DNA from: Candidatus Electronema halotolerans
Lineage (GTDB): Bacteria > Desulfobacterota > Desulfobulbia > Desulfobulbales > Desulfobulbaceae
NCBI GenBank assembly: GCA_942493095.1
Contig: OW818675.1
Coordinates: 1,770,001-1,802,000 of the forward strand
Length of the DNA stretch: 32,000 nucleotides
Reading direction: 5' to 3'
The notes under the pieces are model-generated. The model was given only the letters and a program-made list of their open reading frames with translations. It made no database searches and was not told the origin of the DNA. Shown here in pieces: positions 9,064 to 16,086 of the stretch. Each line of letters begins with the position of its first letter. Position 1 is the stretch's first letter. The position numbers and the translations under genes are program-made.

Positions 9064-9561
9064 ATGTTTAGTTTTGCAAAAAAAAACATACAGTTAGGCT
9101 GTATAGCTCTTGTTTTGTTCTGTTCATCCGCTGTCTTTGCTCAACCATTCGGTCTTAACAATGCAAAAAGGCTTATTGAGTACAACGATAAAATGATAGC
9201 ATTTTTTGCTCATCCTACAGTTGATCACATTAGCTGTGAGTTTGATGGTTCAAAAGAAATGTCTTCAGGTTTCAAGGTTCGGTATACTTTCAACTGGAAA
9301 AAAGATAACGGAGAAAGGCATTACAATACTTTCGATTTTTATTTTGATGATAACGCAAAAATTGCCGCCATCGATCCAGTTGATCAATCAAACATCATTC
9401 CTCCTTTTGTTGCGTCTGGATTGATATCAATTGTTGCAGACGGTATTTTTAACGAAATGTTGAAAGATACAGACTACACAAGAAGTCAATTGAAATCAAT
9501 ACTTGAAGATGGCGATTCCAAAGAAATCTTAACAGTGATTCTCAGAGCAAAGCAAAGATGA
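9064..9561 (+). CDS. Small secreted protein of unknown function (AT-rich orphan)
   Basis: The ATG at 9064 is preceded by AAGGAGAAG. The signal-peptide-like N-terminus is MFSFAKKNIQLGCIALVLFCSSAVFA/QP. I recognise no motif. G+C is low. Confidence 0.55.
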   Translation: MFSFAKKNIQLGCIALVLFCSSAVFAQPFGLNNAKRLIEYNDKMIAFFAHPTVDHISCEFDGSKEMSSGFKVRYTFNWKKDNGERHYNTFDFYFDDNAKIAAIDPVDQSNIIPPFVASGLISIVADGIFNEMLKDTDYTRSQLKSILEDGDSKEILTVILRAKQR

Positions 9562-9596
9562 CTTTTTTTGTTCCAAACGTTCCTGCGTTGGAACAG

Positions 9597-9781
9597 GTGA
9601 ATTCAAGTTCCAAGTGCAACTTTTTTTGGTTGCAAGAAAAGGCAGTTGCAGGAGCACTATACTTTTATGCTCTTACTAACTGCAAGAAAATAATATAAAA
9701 ATTTACATAAGGATGTAAAACGCCATACAATTTATGCTTTTTGGATAACCAAAAAAAGTTGCACTTGCGAGTTGAATCCGC
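9597..9781. repeat. 185-bp inverted-repeat (MITE-like or structured) element
   Basis: The arms are perfect 21-bp repeats: 9611-9631 (CAAGTGCAACTTTTTTTGGTT) and 9747-9767 (AACCAAAAAAAGTTGCACTTG). An imperfect extension runs outward to about 9597 and 9781 (GAATTCAAGTTC vs GAGTTGAATCC). The internal direct repeat TGCAAGAAAA occurs at 9631-9640 and 9681-9690. Confidence 0.6.
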
Positions 9782-9814
9782 ATTTCTTGTCAAGCAACGA
9801 GCCGCCTTGTCGGC

Positions 9815-9849
9815 CTGAAAAAAAGAAAGGCGGACCATATCGGTCCGCC
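9815..9849 (-). terminator. Rho-independent terminator of the hdr operon
   Basis: On the minus strand, GGCGGACC-gatat-GGTCCGCC (9849-9829) is followed by TTTCTTTTTTT (9828-9817). It sits 29 nt after the hdrB stop. Confidence 0.75.
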
Positions 9850-9877
9850 CAAATTGGATATTAGCTGTGCAGCTGTC

Positions 9878-10762
9878 TCAGAAATGCCGCAGGATGCTGT
9901 CGCGGGGAATTTTGGAGATGGCCGCGACTTTGTGCCCTTCAAAGCCCATGCACAGAGCCAGAAGCTGATTGTAATCAAAGACCGGAATCTTATAGATATC
10001 CTTGCCCGCCTTCTTGTTCAGCTTCTCCTGAATGTTGTCCATGTACATCAGACAGGTGATGCAGGAGACCACAATGAATTCGGCCTTGGTTTCGTTGAGA
10101 ATCGCATCCAGCTTGCTCTGGGTGAAGGCATCCGCCTCTGCCGGAGAAGTCTTGGCAAAGCCGCCCGCCCCGCCGCAGCACTGATACTCCATGCTGAAGG
10201 CATCCACGGTCGCGCCCAAGGCCTCGGTCAGGCGGCGCAGGGCTACTGGTCTCCGGGGCGACTCCTCAAAACCGACCACCTCACTGGGAAAAAGGGTGTG
10301 ACAGGGATACTGAACAATCCCGTGCATCCCGGTCAGCTTCTTCTTGATCTTGGCCGCGATTTTCTCTGGCCCGACCTCATTGTACAAAACATCAATAATA
10401 TGCCTGACCTTGGTCGTGCAGTTCACCTGCCGCCCGCTCGGTTCAAGCAGCTCGTTCACTCTGGCCCGCAAGGCCTTGTCCTCATGCAGATGCTCCAACC
10501 CCATCTGCAGGGAGCTGTAGCAGGAGCCGCACTGGACCATGATGTCATGGCCCTGCTCTTCAGCCAAGGAGATGTTCCAGCCGCTGGCGGCAAAATGGGA
10601 TTCATTGTCCGTGGAAGGAAAGGCACCAAAGGCCGGGCAGCAGACATAGCCGGGCAGATCGTGAAGCGGCACGCCCAGCGCAGGCATGGTCAGCCGGATT
10701 GCGCTTTCCACGTCCGGGCGGATGGCCGGCATGTTGCAGCCGGGAAAAAAGCAGAATTCCAT
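9878..10762 (-). CDS. hdrB: Heterodisulfide reductase subunit B-like (two CCG domains)
   Basis: MEFCFFPGCNMPAIRPDVE...YVCCPAFG and ...YPCHTLF...YQCCGGAGGF are CCG-domain cysteine patterns. The start overlaps the hdrC stop by 1 nt (TAATG). Confidence 0.85.
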   Translation of the reverse strand: MEFCFFPGCNMPAIRPDVESAIRLTMPALGVPLHDLPGYVCCPAFGAFPSTDNESHFAASGWNISLAEEQGHDIMVQCGSCYSSLQMGLEHLHEDKALRARVNELLEPSGRQVNCTTKVRHIIDVLYNEVGPEKIAAKIKKKLTGMHGIVQYPCHTLFPSEVVGFEESPRRPVALRRLTEALGATVDAFSMEYQCCGGAGGFAKTSPAEADAFTQSKLDAILNETKAEFIVVSCITCLMYMDNIQEKLNKKAGKDIYKIPVFDYNQLLALCMGFEGHKVAAISKIPRDSILRHF

Positions 10763-11274
10763 TACTCATCCCCCATAAACATATAGTCGTTCTCGCTGAT
10801 GACCGGCGTTTTCATGAGCATCTCTCGGAACTGCCTCAGCATCTCCGGCCTGCTGGTGATGGTCGGCAGCTCGTGCAGGCCCAGCGATTCCCGCACTTCA
10901 GTGTTCACGCCCACCGGCTGGGAGTAGCCGCGATTGTAGATGTCAACCACGGCAGTGGGAATATAGGTCGGGTCGCTGGCTGACTGCCATTTGCGGATGG
11001 CAAGGATCAGCTCAAAGGGTTTGACATCCATCGGGCACATCTCCTCGCAGCGGGTGCAGGAGACGCAGGACCACGGCGTGGGATCGTCGAGCAGCTCCTC
11101 CTCCAAGCCCAGAATCACCATTCGGGCCAAATTCCTGACTAACAGGGGCGGATTGCCGTGCGAGGCTGGACAGCCGGTGATGCAGGTGCTGCAATTGAAG
11201 CAATGATGCAGGTCTTCATTGGGATATATTTCCTGCCACAAATCCTTTCGGGCAGCACTGAAATCTATTTCCAC
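10762..11274 (-). CDS. hdrC: Heterodisulfide reductase subunit C-like (2x[4Fe-4S] ferredoxin)
   Basis: Cluster motifs are CFNCSTCITGCP and CVSCTRCEEMCP. I prefer GTG at 11274, because AGGAGG at 11289-11284 lies 9 nt upstream and directly overlaps the hdrA TAG. The track start at 11331 would overlap hdrA by 44 nt. Confidence 0.8.
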   Translation of the reverse strand: MEIDFSAARKDLWQEIYPNEDLHHCFNCSTCITGCPASHGNPPLLVRNLARMVILGLEEELLDDPTPWSCVSCTRCEEMCPMDVKPFELILAIRKWQSASDPTYIPTAVVDIYNRGYSQPVGVNTEVRESLGLHELPTITSRPEMLRQFREMLMKTPVISENDYMFMGDE

Positions 11275-11287
11275 GACAGGTCGCCTC

Positions 11288-14200
11288 CTATGCGGTTGTC
11301 GGTATCCGGCAGTCCATGAACTGCGCGTCAATCATGGCCAGCATCTGCTTGTCATTCCAGCCCCGCACTTCTGCTGCCCCGTTCCGGCAGGTGGCGGCGC
11401 AGAGACCGCAGGCTTGGCAGGCTGCGCCATTGACCACGATCCGGTTGCTGTCCGCATCAAAAGAACGGGCATTGTATGGACAGACAGGAATGCACTGCTG
11501 ACAGCGGATGCAGAGGGAATCATGGACAGTCGAAACCTCGCGGGCCAAGGGAATTTCCTTGCCTGAGAGAAAGACTGAGGCCTTCTGGGCTGCCGCCTCC
11601 GCCTGCATGATGGCTTCGCGCAGGGTCATGGGCGCATTGGCCACGCCGACCGCATAGCAGCCTGATTTATGGAATTCAACTGGCCGCCATTTGGAATCAG
11701 CCTCGGCAAAAAAGCCGTCCTGATTGAGCGGCACGCCAAAGGTCTCGGCGAGCTTGTCGTTGCCCTCGTCCTTCTCAATACCGGTGGCCAAAATCAGCCA
11801 GTCCGCTGTAATTTCCAGCTCCGCATCCAAAATCGGATCCCGGAAGCTGACCACTGGCCTGCGGTTTTTCAGCTCCACCTGCGGCTTGTTGTCCAAGCTG
11901 TAGCTGACAAAGATCACCCCTTTGCGCCGGGCCTCAGTGTAGTAGCGTTCATACGGCCCATAGCTCATCATGTCGCGGTACAAGACAAAGACGCGGACTT
12001 CCGGCTTCTTCTCCTTGATCAGCAGGGCATTGTGGAGCGCGCCCATGCAGCAGATCCGGCTGCAATACTCCCGCGCCTCCTTGTCTCTGGAGTCAACGCA
12101 CTGGATCATGACCACCTCTTTCATCTTGCTGAGGTCGATATCATCGGCCCGGAGAGCCTTGCCGAATTCGGTCTGGGTCATGACTCTGTCCGACTCGTCA
12201 TAATGATAGGCCGTGGTCGGACTTTTCTGATTGCCGGTGGCCAAGATCGCGGCCCCGTGTTCCAGTGAAAGGATGCGACCGTCCTGCTCTCTGATCTGAG
12301 TCCGGTACTGCCCAGCCTGACCGCCGGAACTGAGGATTTCGCTGCCAAGATGAACCGTGATCCGGCCAGTGTCGGCAATTCGGTGGGCAAGGTCTTGGGC
12401 AATGCTGATCGGCTTGAGGCCGTCAAGCGTGGCACTGACCTGATTGCCTGCATAGCCGCCCAGCTTCTCAGCACGATCAATGAGATGCACAGCTGCCCCG
12501 CGTTCTGCCAAGGACAGGGCGGAATACATGCCGACGATGCCGCCGCCGACCACCAGCGCAGTCTGATTGGCCGGAAGGCTGTCAAACTGCAAGGCAGGAG
12601 TGAAGCGCAGCCGGTCAATATGAGCACGGGTTTCCTGAATCAGACGGGCAGTGAAGCTGTCTGGGCTGTCCTTTCTGCCCAAGGCCGCGCTGATGTCAAA
12701 GACCTTGACCAAGGAGGGATGAAAACCAGCCTGCTCGGCAATCTTCTGCAATTTCGTCTGGTAAAGGAAGGGCTTGGCCGCGCCGATCAAAAGGCGATTG
12801 CCTTCGGCCCGATTGACCAACTCGGCAAAGGCGGCCAGTCCCGCTTCGCTGTGGAGGCTTGCCAAGACATGCACCTTGGTCACGCTGTGATGAGCGGTCA
12901 GGGCTTTGGTCAGCAGGGCGGCATCCAACTGCTCGCCTTCCTTGTCCGTGAAGCCCTTGCTGAAAACAATCTCCAGCTTGGCTGCTTCGGTGTCCGCATT
13001 AGTGCTTTTGTTCGACAGCTCGGCCTCGTCATTCACTTTCAGCACGTCCAAGGATGCCAGCAGCTTGCTTGCCTCACCGGCTGCCGCAATGCCGCTGCTC
13101 ACAGCCTCGCTGATCTCGGTCAGGCCCATGAAGGAGCCGCATAAGAACACGCCCGGCTTGCGCAGCCGCACCTTGCTCAGTTCGTCGGTGGGCAGGAGCT
13201 TCTGCTCGTTGACTTCCAGATTCAGGATTTCCGCAAACCGCTGCTGCTCGGCAAAAGGTGCCTGGCCAGTTGAAAGCACAGTCAGGTCAAAGGTCTCGAC
13301 CTTGAACTCGTTGCTGTCCGGGTCAAAATAGCGGATTTGCAGGCTGCCGTCAGGATCAGCATAAACCTGCTGGACCCGGCAGCGGATCAGGCGCACGCCC
13401 TTGGCCACCGCCTTTTCAAAGTAGCGGTAATGATCCTTGCCAAAGGTGCGCATGTCCATGTAAAAAATGGTGGTCTCGGTGTCCGGGCCGCCTTTTTCCT
13501 TGGCCAGCACTGCCTCTTTGAGGGCGAACATGCAGCAGATCGATGAGCAATAATCCCGGCCCAACCGGCGGTTGCGGGAACCCATGCACTGAATCCAGGC
13601 AATCCGCTTGGCCGCCTTGCCATCCGAAGGCCGGTGAATCACGCCGTCATAGGTGCCGGAGGGACTGATCAGCCGTTCAAAGGCCAAGGCTGTGACCACA
13701 TCCGGGGACACGGCGTAGGACTTGGCATCTTCAACGTTTTCGTCCCAGAGCTTGGCTCCGGCAGCAAGAATGATCGCATGAACCTGCCGTGTCTCGCTCT
13801 GCTCTTCTTGAGTGAAATCAATAGCCCCATTCGGGCAGACTTCAAGACAGGGCTGCTCAGTGCAGCCGCTGCACGCATCCCGGTCAATCCGCAGCATGTT
13901 GGGGAGGTTGTGCGGCACCATCTGATAGACCGCCTTGCGCTTGGTCAGCTCATGGTTGAAGCCGTCCTCGACCTCCATCGGGCAGACCTTGATGCACTCG
14001 CCCATGCCGTTGCATTTGGCCGGATCAATGTAGGCCGGTTTCTTGCGCAGCTCGACGCTGAACTTGCCTGCATCGCCACTGACTGCTGTCACTTCGGTGA
14101 AGGGCAGGATTTCGATGTTGTCGTGATACAGACTCTTGCGCATGCAGAACTGCGAAGCATACTCCCGGCCAACAATCGGCAGCATCCGGCAGATGCCGCA

Positions 14201-14371
14201 GTGGTCTGTGGGAAACTGATGATCCAGCTTGGCGAGAATGCCGCCGATATGCGGCGAGGCATCTGCCAGCAGAACCTTGTAGCCGGTCTCAGCCAGCTCT
14301 AAGGCCGCCTTGATGCCGGAGATGCCGGCTCCAACCACCAGCACCCGGCCAATTTCTTTCTTTTCCGTCAT
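11288..14371 (-). CDS. hdrA: Large HdrA-like flavo-iron-sulfur protein containing two tandem HdrA cores
   Basis: There are two FAD folds (VLVVGAGISGIKAALELAETGYKVLLADASPHIGG and ALVVGGGIVGMYSALSLAERGAAVHLIDRAEKLGG). There are also two HdrA-type Cys blocks (DYCSSICCMFALKEAV and EYCSRICCMGALHNAL). Ferredoxin motifs are CIKVCPMEV, CLEVCPNGA, CIRCQQCIPVCP and CQACGLCAATC. Confidence 0.85.
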   Translation of the reverse strand: MTEKKEIGRVLVVGAGISGIKAALELAETGYKVLLADASPHIGGILAKLDHQFPTDHCGICRMLPIVGREYASQFCMRKSLYHDNIEILPFTEVTAVSGDAGKFSVELRKKPAYIDPAKCNGMGECIKVCPMEVEDGFNHELTKRKAVYQMVPHNLPNMLRIDRDACSGCTEQPCLEVCPNGAIDFTQEEQSETRQVHAIILAAGAKLWDENVEDAKSYAVSPDVVTALAFERLISPSGTYDGVIHRPSDGKAAKRIAWIQCMGSRNRRLGRDYCSSICCMFALKEAVLAKEKGGPDTETTIFYMDMRTFGKDHYRYFEKAVAKGVRLIRCRVQQVYADPDGSLQIRYFDPDSNEFKVETFDLTVLSTGQAPFAEQQRFAEILNLEVNEQKLLPTDELSKVRLRKPGVFLCGSFMGLTEISEAVSSGIAAAGEASKLLASLDVLKVNDEAELSNKSTNADTEAAKLEIVFSKGFTDKEGEQLDAALLTKALTAHHSVTKVHVLASLHSEAGLAAFAELVNRAEGNRLLIGAAKPFLYQTKLQKIAEQAGFHPSLVKVFDISAALGRKDSPDSFTARLIQETRAHIDRLRFTPALQFDSLPANQTALVVGGGIVGMYSALSLAERGAAVHLIDRAEKLGGYAGNQVSATLDGLKPISIAQDLAHRIADTGRITVHLGSEILSSGGQAGQYRTQIREQDGRILSLEHGAAILATGNQKSPTTAYHYDESDRVMTQTEFGKALRADDIDLSKMKEVVMIQCVDSRDKEAREYCSRICCMGALHNALLIKEKKPEVRVFVLYRDMMSYGPYERYYTEARRKGVIFVSYSLDNKPQVELKNRRPVVSFRDPILDAELEITADWLILATGIEKDEGNDKLAETFGVPLNQDGFFAEADSKWRPVEFHKSGCYAVGVANAPMTLREAIMQAEAAAQKASVFLSGKEIPLAREVSTVHDSLCIRCQQCIPVCPYNARSFDADSNRIVVNGAACQACGLCAATCRNGAAEVRGWNDKQMLAMIDAQFMDCRIPTTA

Positions 14372-14382
14372 GCCTTGCGCTC

Positions 14383-15513
14383 CTATTTCATCTGGCCGGT
14401 CACTTCAACCAGCTCGTCATGATGGAAAACCGTGAGCGGCTGGGCCTCGTCCACAGAGCGGCCCGCTTCATAGCCGAAACGCTCCTGCGAAACCTTGGCT
14501 GCCGCCTTAAAGGCCATAGTCAGGTTGATATCATTGGGGCAAGCACTGGTGCATTGGCCGCAGCCGACGCAGAAGTTGCCAATGTGGGTCATCCGGGTGA
14601 GATGGTAAAAGACCGTGTCCGTGGGCATTTTCAGGCTGCCCTTCTGCTGCGCCCAGCCGACGAACTGCTCGCTGTCGTGGCGGAAGGTGTCGGTGACAAA
14701 AACGCATTCCTTGCAGTAGCAGACTGGACAGGCCACCCGGCAGTTGTAGCAGTTGATGCACTTGGCCATGTTTTCTTCCAAGGCCTGGAAGCTGTTGATC
14801 TTCTCCCGGTACTCGTTCATCTTCTGCTTGAAGGCCTCCTGCCGGGCGGCAGTCAGGCTCTTCACCGCCTCAGCCCGCTTGCCGGGTGCGGTGCTGCTGG
14901 ACAGGCCCATGTCGCTGAATGCTTTTTCACCTTTGCCAGTGGCCGCTTCCACGGCAAAGGTTCCGGCATCTGCGCCGATCAGGCAGAGACGGATGTCCGC
15001 ATTGGCTGCAGTCGGGTGCTCGCAGGTGGCGCAGGCTTCGATGATATCCTGGTCCTTAGTCGCAGTTGTCCCGCCTTGCGCGGCCTTGATAAAGGATTCC
15101 GCAGTCAGCCCCTGCTCGCGCAGGCTGTAGAAATCTTGATTCTCAAAGCGGCCAAAGCAGTCTATGCCAATGAGCAGGGTGTCGTCCAAATTGGCCTGCT
15201 TGAGCTTGACTAACTCGATCAGGGCGCGGATTTCGCAGGGACGCATCACCAAGGCAATTTTTTTGCCTGACGGCTTGGCGGTCAGCGACGAGGCGATCTT
15301 GGCTGAACTGACCGGCGCAATCGGAGCAAAGGGATCAACCGCTGCGGTCTGGGCCGGGTCAGTGATCAGCGTCTGCATGATGGTGCCGTTGGCTTGGCGG
15401 CAGGGTGCCAGCACCGCGTCAACGGTCTTTTTCTCCAGCAGGGCGGCAAAGACTTTGGCCAGCTCCTTGTTCAGCTCGTTTTCCTTGTACGATATGGTCG
15501 TGAAGTTGGACAT
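14383..15513 (-). CDS. FrhB/FdhB-like iron-sulfur protein (F420-hydrogenase beta-like fold plus 2x[4Fe-4S])
   Basis: ALVMRPCEIRALIELVK...LIGIDCFGR resembles FrhB-family N and C domains. Cluster motifs are CINCYNCRVACPVCYC and CVGCGQCTSACP. It sits between mvhD and hdrA. The family assignment is less certain than for the other hdr genes. Confidence 0.6.
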   Translation of the reverse strand: MSNFTTISYKENELNKELAKVFAALLEKKTVDAVLAPCRQANGTIMQTLITDPAQTAAVDPFAPIAPVSSAKIASSLTAKPSGKKIALVMRPCEIRALIELVKLKQANLDDTLLIGIDCFGRFENQDFYSLREQGLTAESFIKAAQGGTTATKDQDIIEACATCEHPTAANADIRLCLIGADAGTFAVEAATGKGEKAFSDMGLSSSTAPGKRAEAVKSLTAARQEAFKQKMNEYREKINSFQALEENMAKCINCYNCRVACPVCYCKECVFVTDTFRHDSEQFVGWAQQKGSLKMPTDTVFYHLTRMTHIGNFCVGCGQCTSACPNDINLTMAFKAAAKVSQERFGYEAGRSVDEAQPLTVFHHDELVEVTGQMK

Positions 15514-15532
15514 GTGCGTTCTCTCTGTCGGT

Positions 15533-15961
15533 TCAGGCCGCTTCCTGCGCTGCCATCTTGATCGGGCTGGGGCCGAGGACTTTAATTTTATCCGTCATTT
15601 CTTGGGCGACCTTCTGAAGCATGATGCCGTCGCTGGCCGCAATCCAGCGCAGCCAGAAGCGGTCTTCGCCGATGCCGTATTGCTTGAGGATTTCGGTCAG
15701 ATGGGCAACCCTGCGTCTGGCCTTGAGATTGCCGTTGATGTAGTGGCAGTCGCCGGGCCAGCAGCCGCCGATCAGCACCCCGTCCGCGCCGTTGAGAAAG
15801 GCTTTGATCACGAATTTCGGGTCAACCATGCCGCTGCACATCACGCGGATGATTTTCACATTCGGCGGATAGGTCATCCGGGATGTGCCAGCCAAGTCGG
15901 CGGCAGTGAACGTGCACCAATTGCAGAAAAAGGCGACGATTTGCGGCTCAAAGTCAGTCAT
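15533..15961 (-). CDS. mvhD: Methyl-viologen-reducing hydrogenase delta subunit-like protein
   Basis: IVAFFCNWCTFTAADLAG...IRVMCSGMVDPKFVIKAFLNGADGVLIGGCWPGDCHY is the MvhD/FlpD signature. GGAGGA RBS lies upstream. Confidence 0.85.
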   Translation of the reverse strand: MTDFEPQIVAFFCNWCTFTAADLAGTSRMTYPPNVKIIRVMCSGMVDPKFVIKAFLNGADGVLIGGCWPGDCHYINGNLKARRRVAHLTEILKQYGIGEDRFWLRWIAASDGIMLQKVAQEMTDKIKVLGPSPIKMAAQEAA

Positions 15962-15983
15962 TGGGTGTCCTCCGGTTTAGATT

Positions 15984-15993
15984 GGGGGGGGGG
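15984..15993. repeat. Homopolymeric G10 (C10 on the coding strand) tract in the mvhD leader
   Basis: Ten consecutive G lie 23-32 nt upstream of the mvhD ATG, just 5' of its RBS on the minus strand. Confidence 0.9.
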
Positions 15994-16086
15994 CGGTCAA
16001 TATTTAATAAGAAAAACAATCTTTTTTAATTATGGAAATCTCGAAAAGTTAGTGTTTTTTGCAGTTGTTGCTTTGTAACTGCCTGA

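Noticed and set aside
9570-9594. Hairpin GTTCCAAACG-ttcctg-CGTTGGAAC just after the 9064-9561 gene, considered as its terminator.
   Set aside because: The T-run precedes rather than follows the stem on the + strand, and A's follow it on the - strand. It therefore fits a canonical intrinsic terminator in neither direction.
9628-9655. Possible sigma54 (-24 GG / -12 GC) promoter in TGGTTGCAAGAAAAGGCAGTTGCAGG. A second candidate is at 28352-28372 (CTGGAACTGCTTGAT).
   Set aside because: The GG-to-GC spacing does not match TGGCAC-N5-TTGC in either case.
16059-16081. Hairpin GCAGTT-N10-AACTGC downstream of the 689-aa gene, considered as an island terminator.
   Set aside because: The stem is short (6 bp) and no U-run follows it on the minus-strand transcript.
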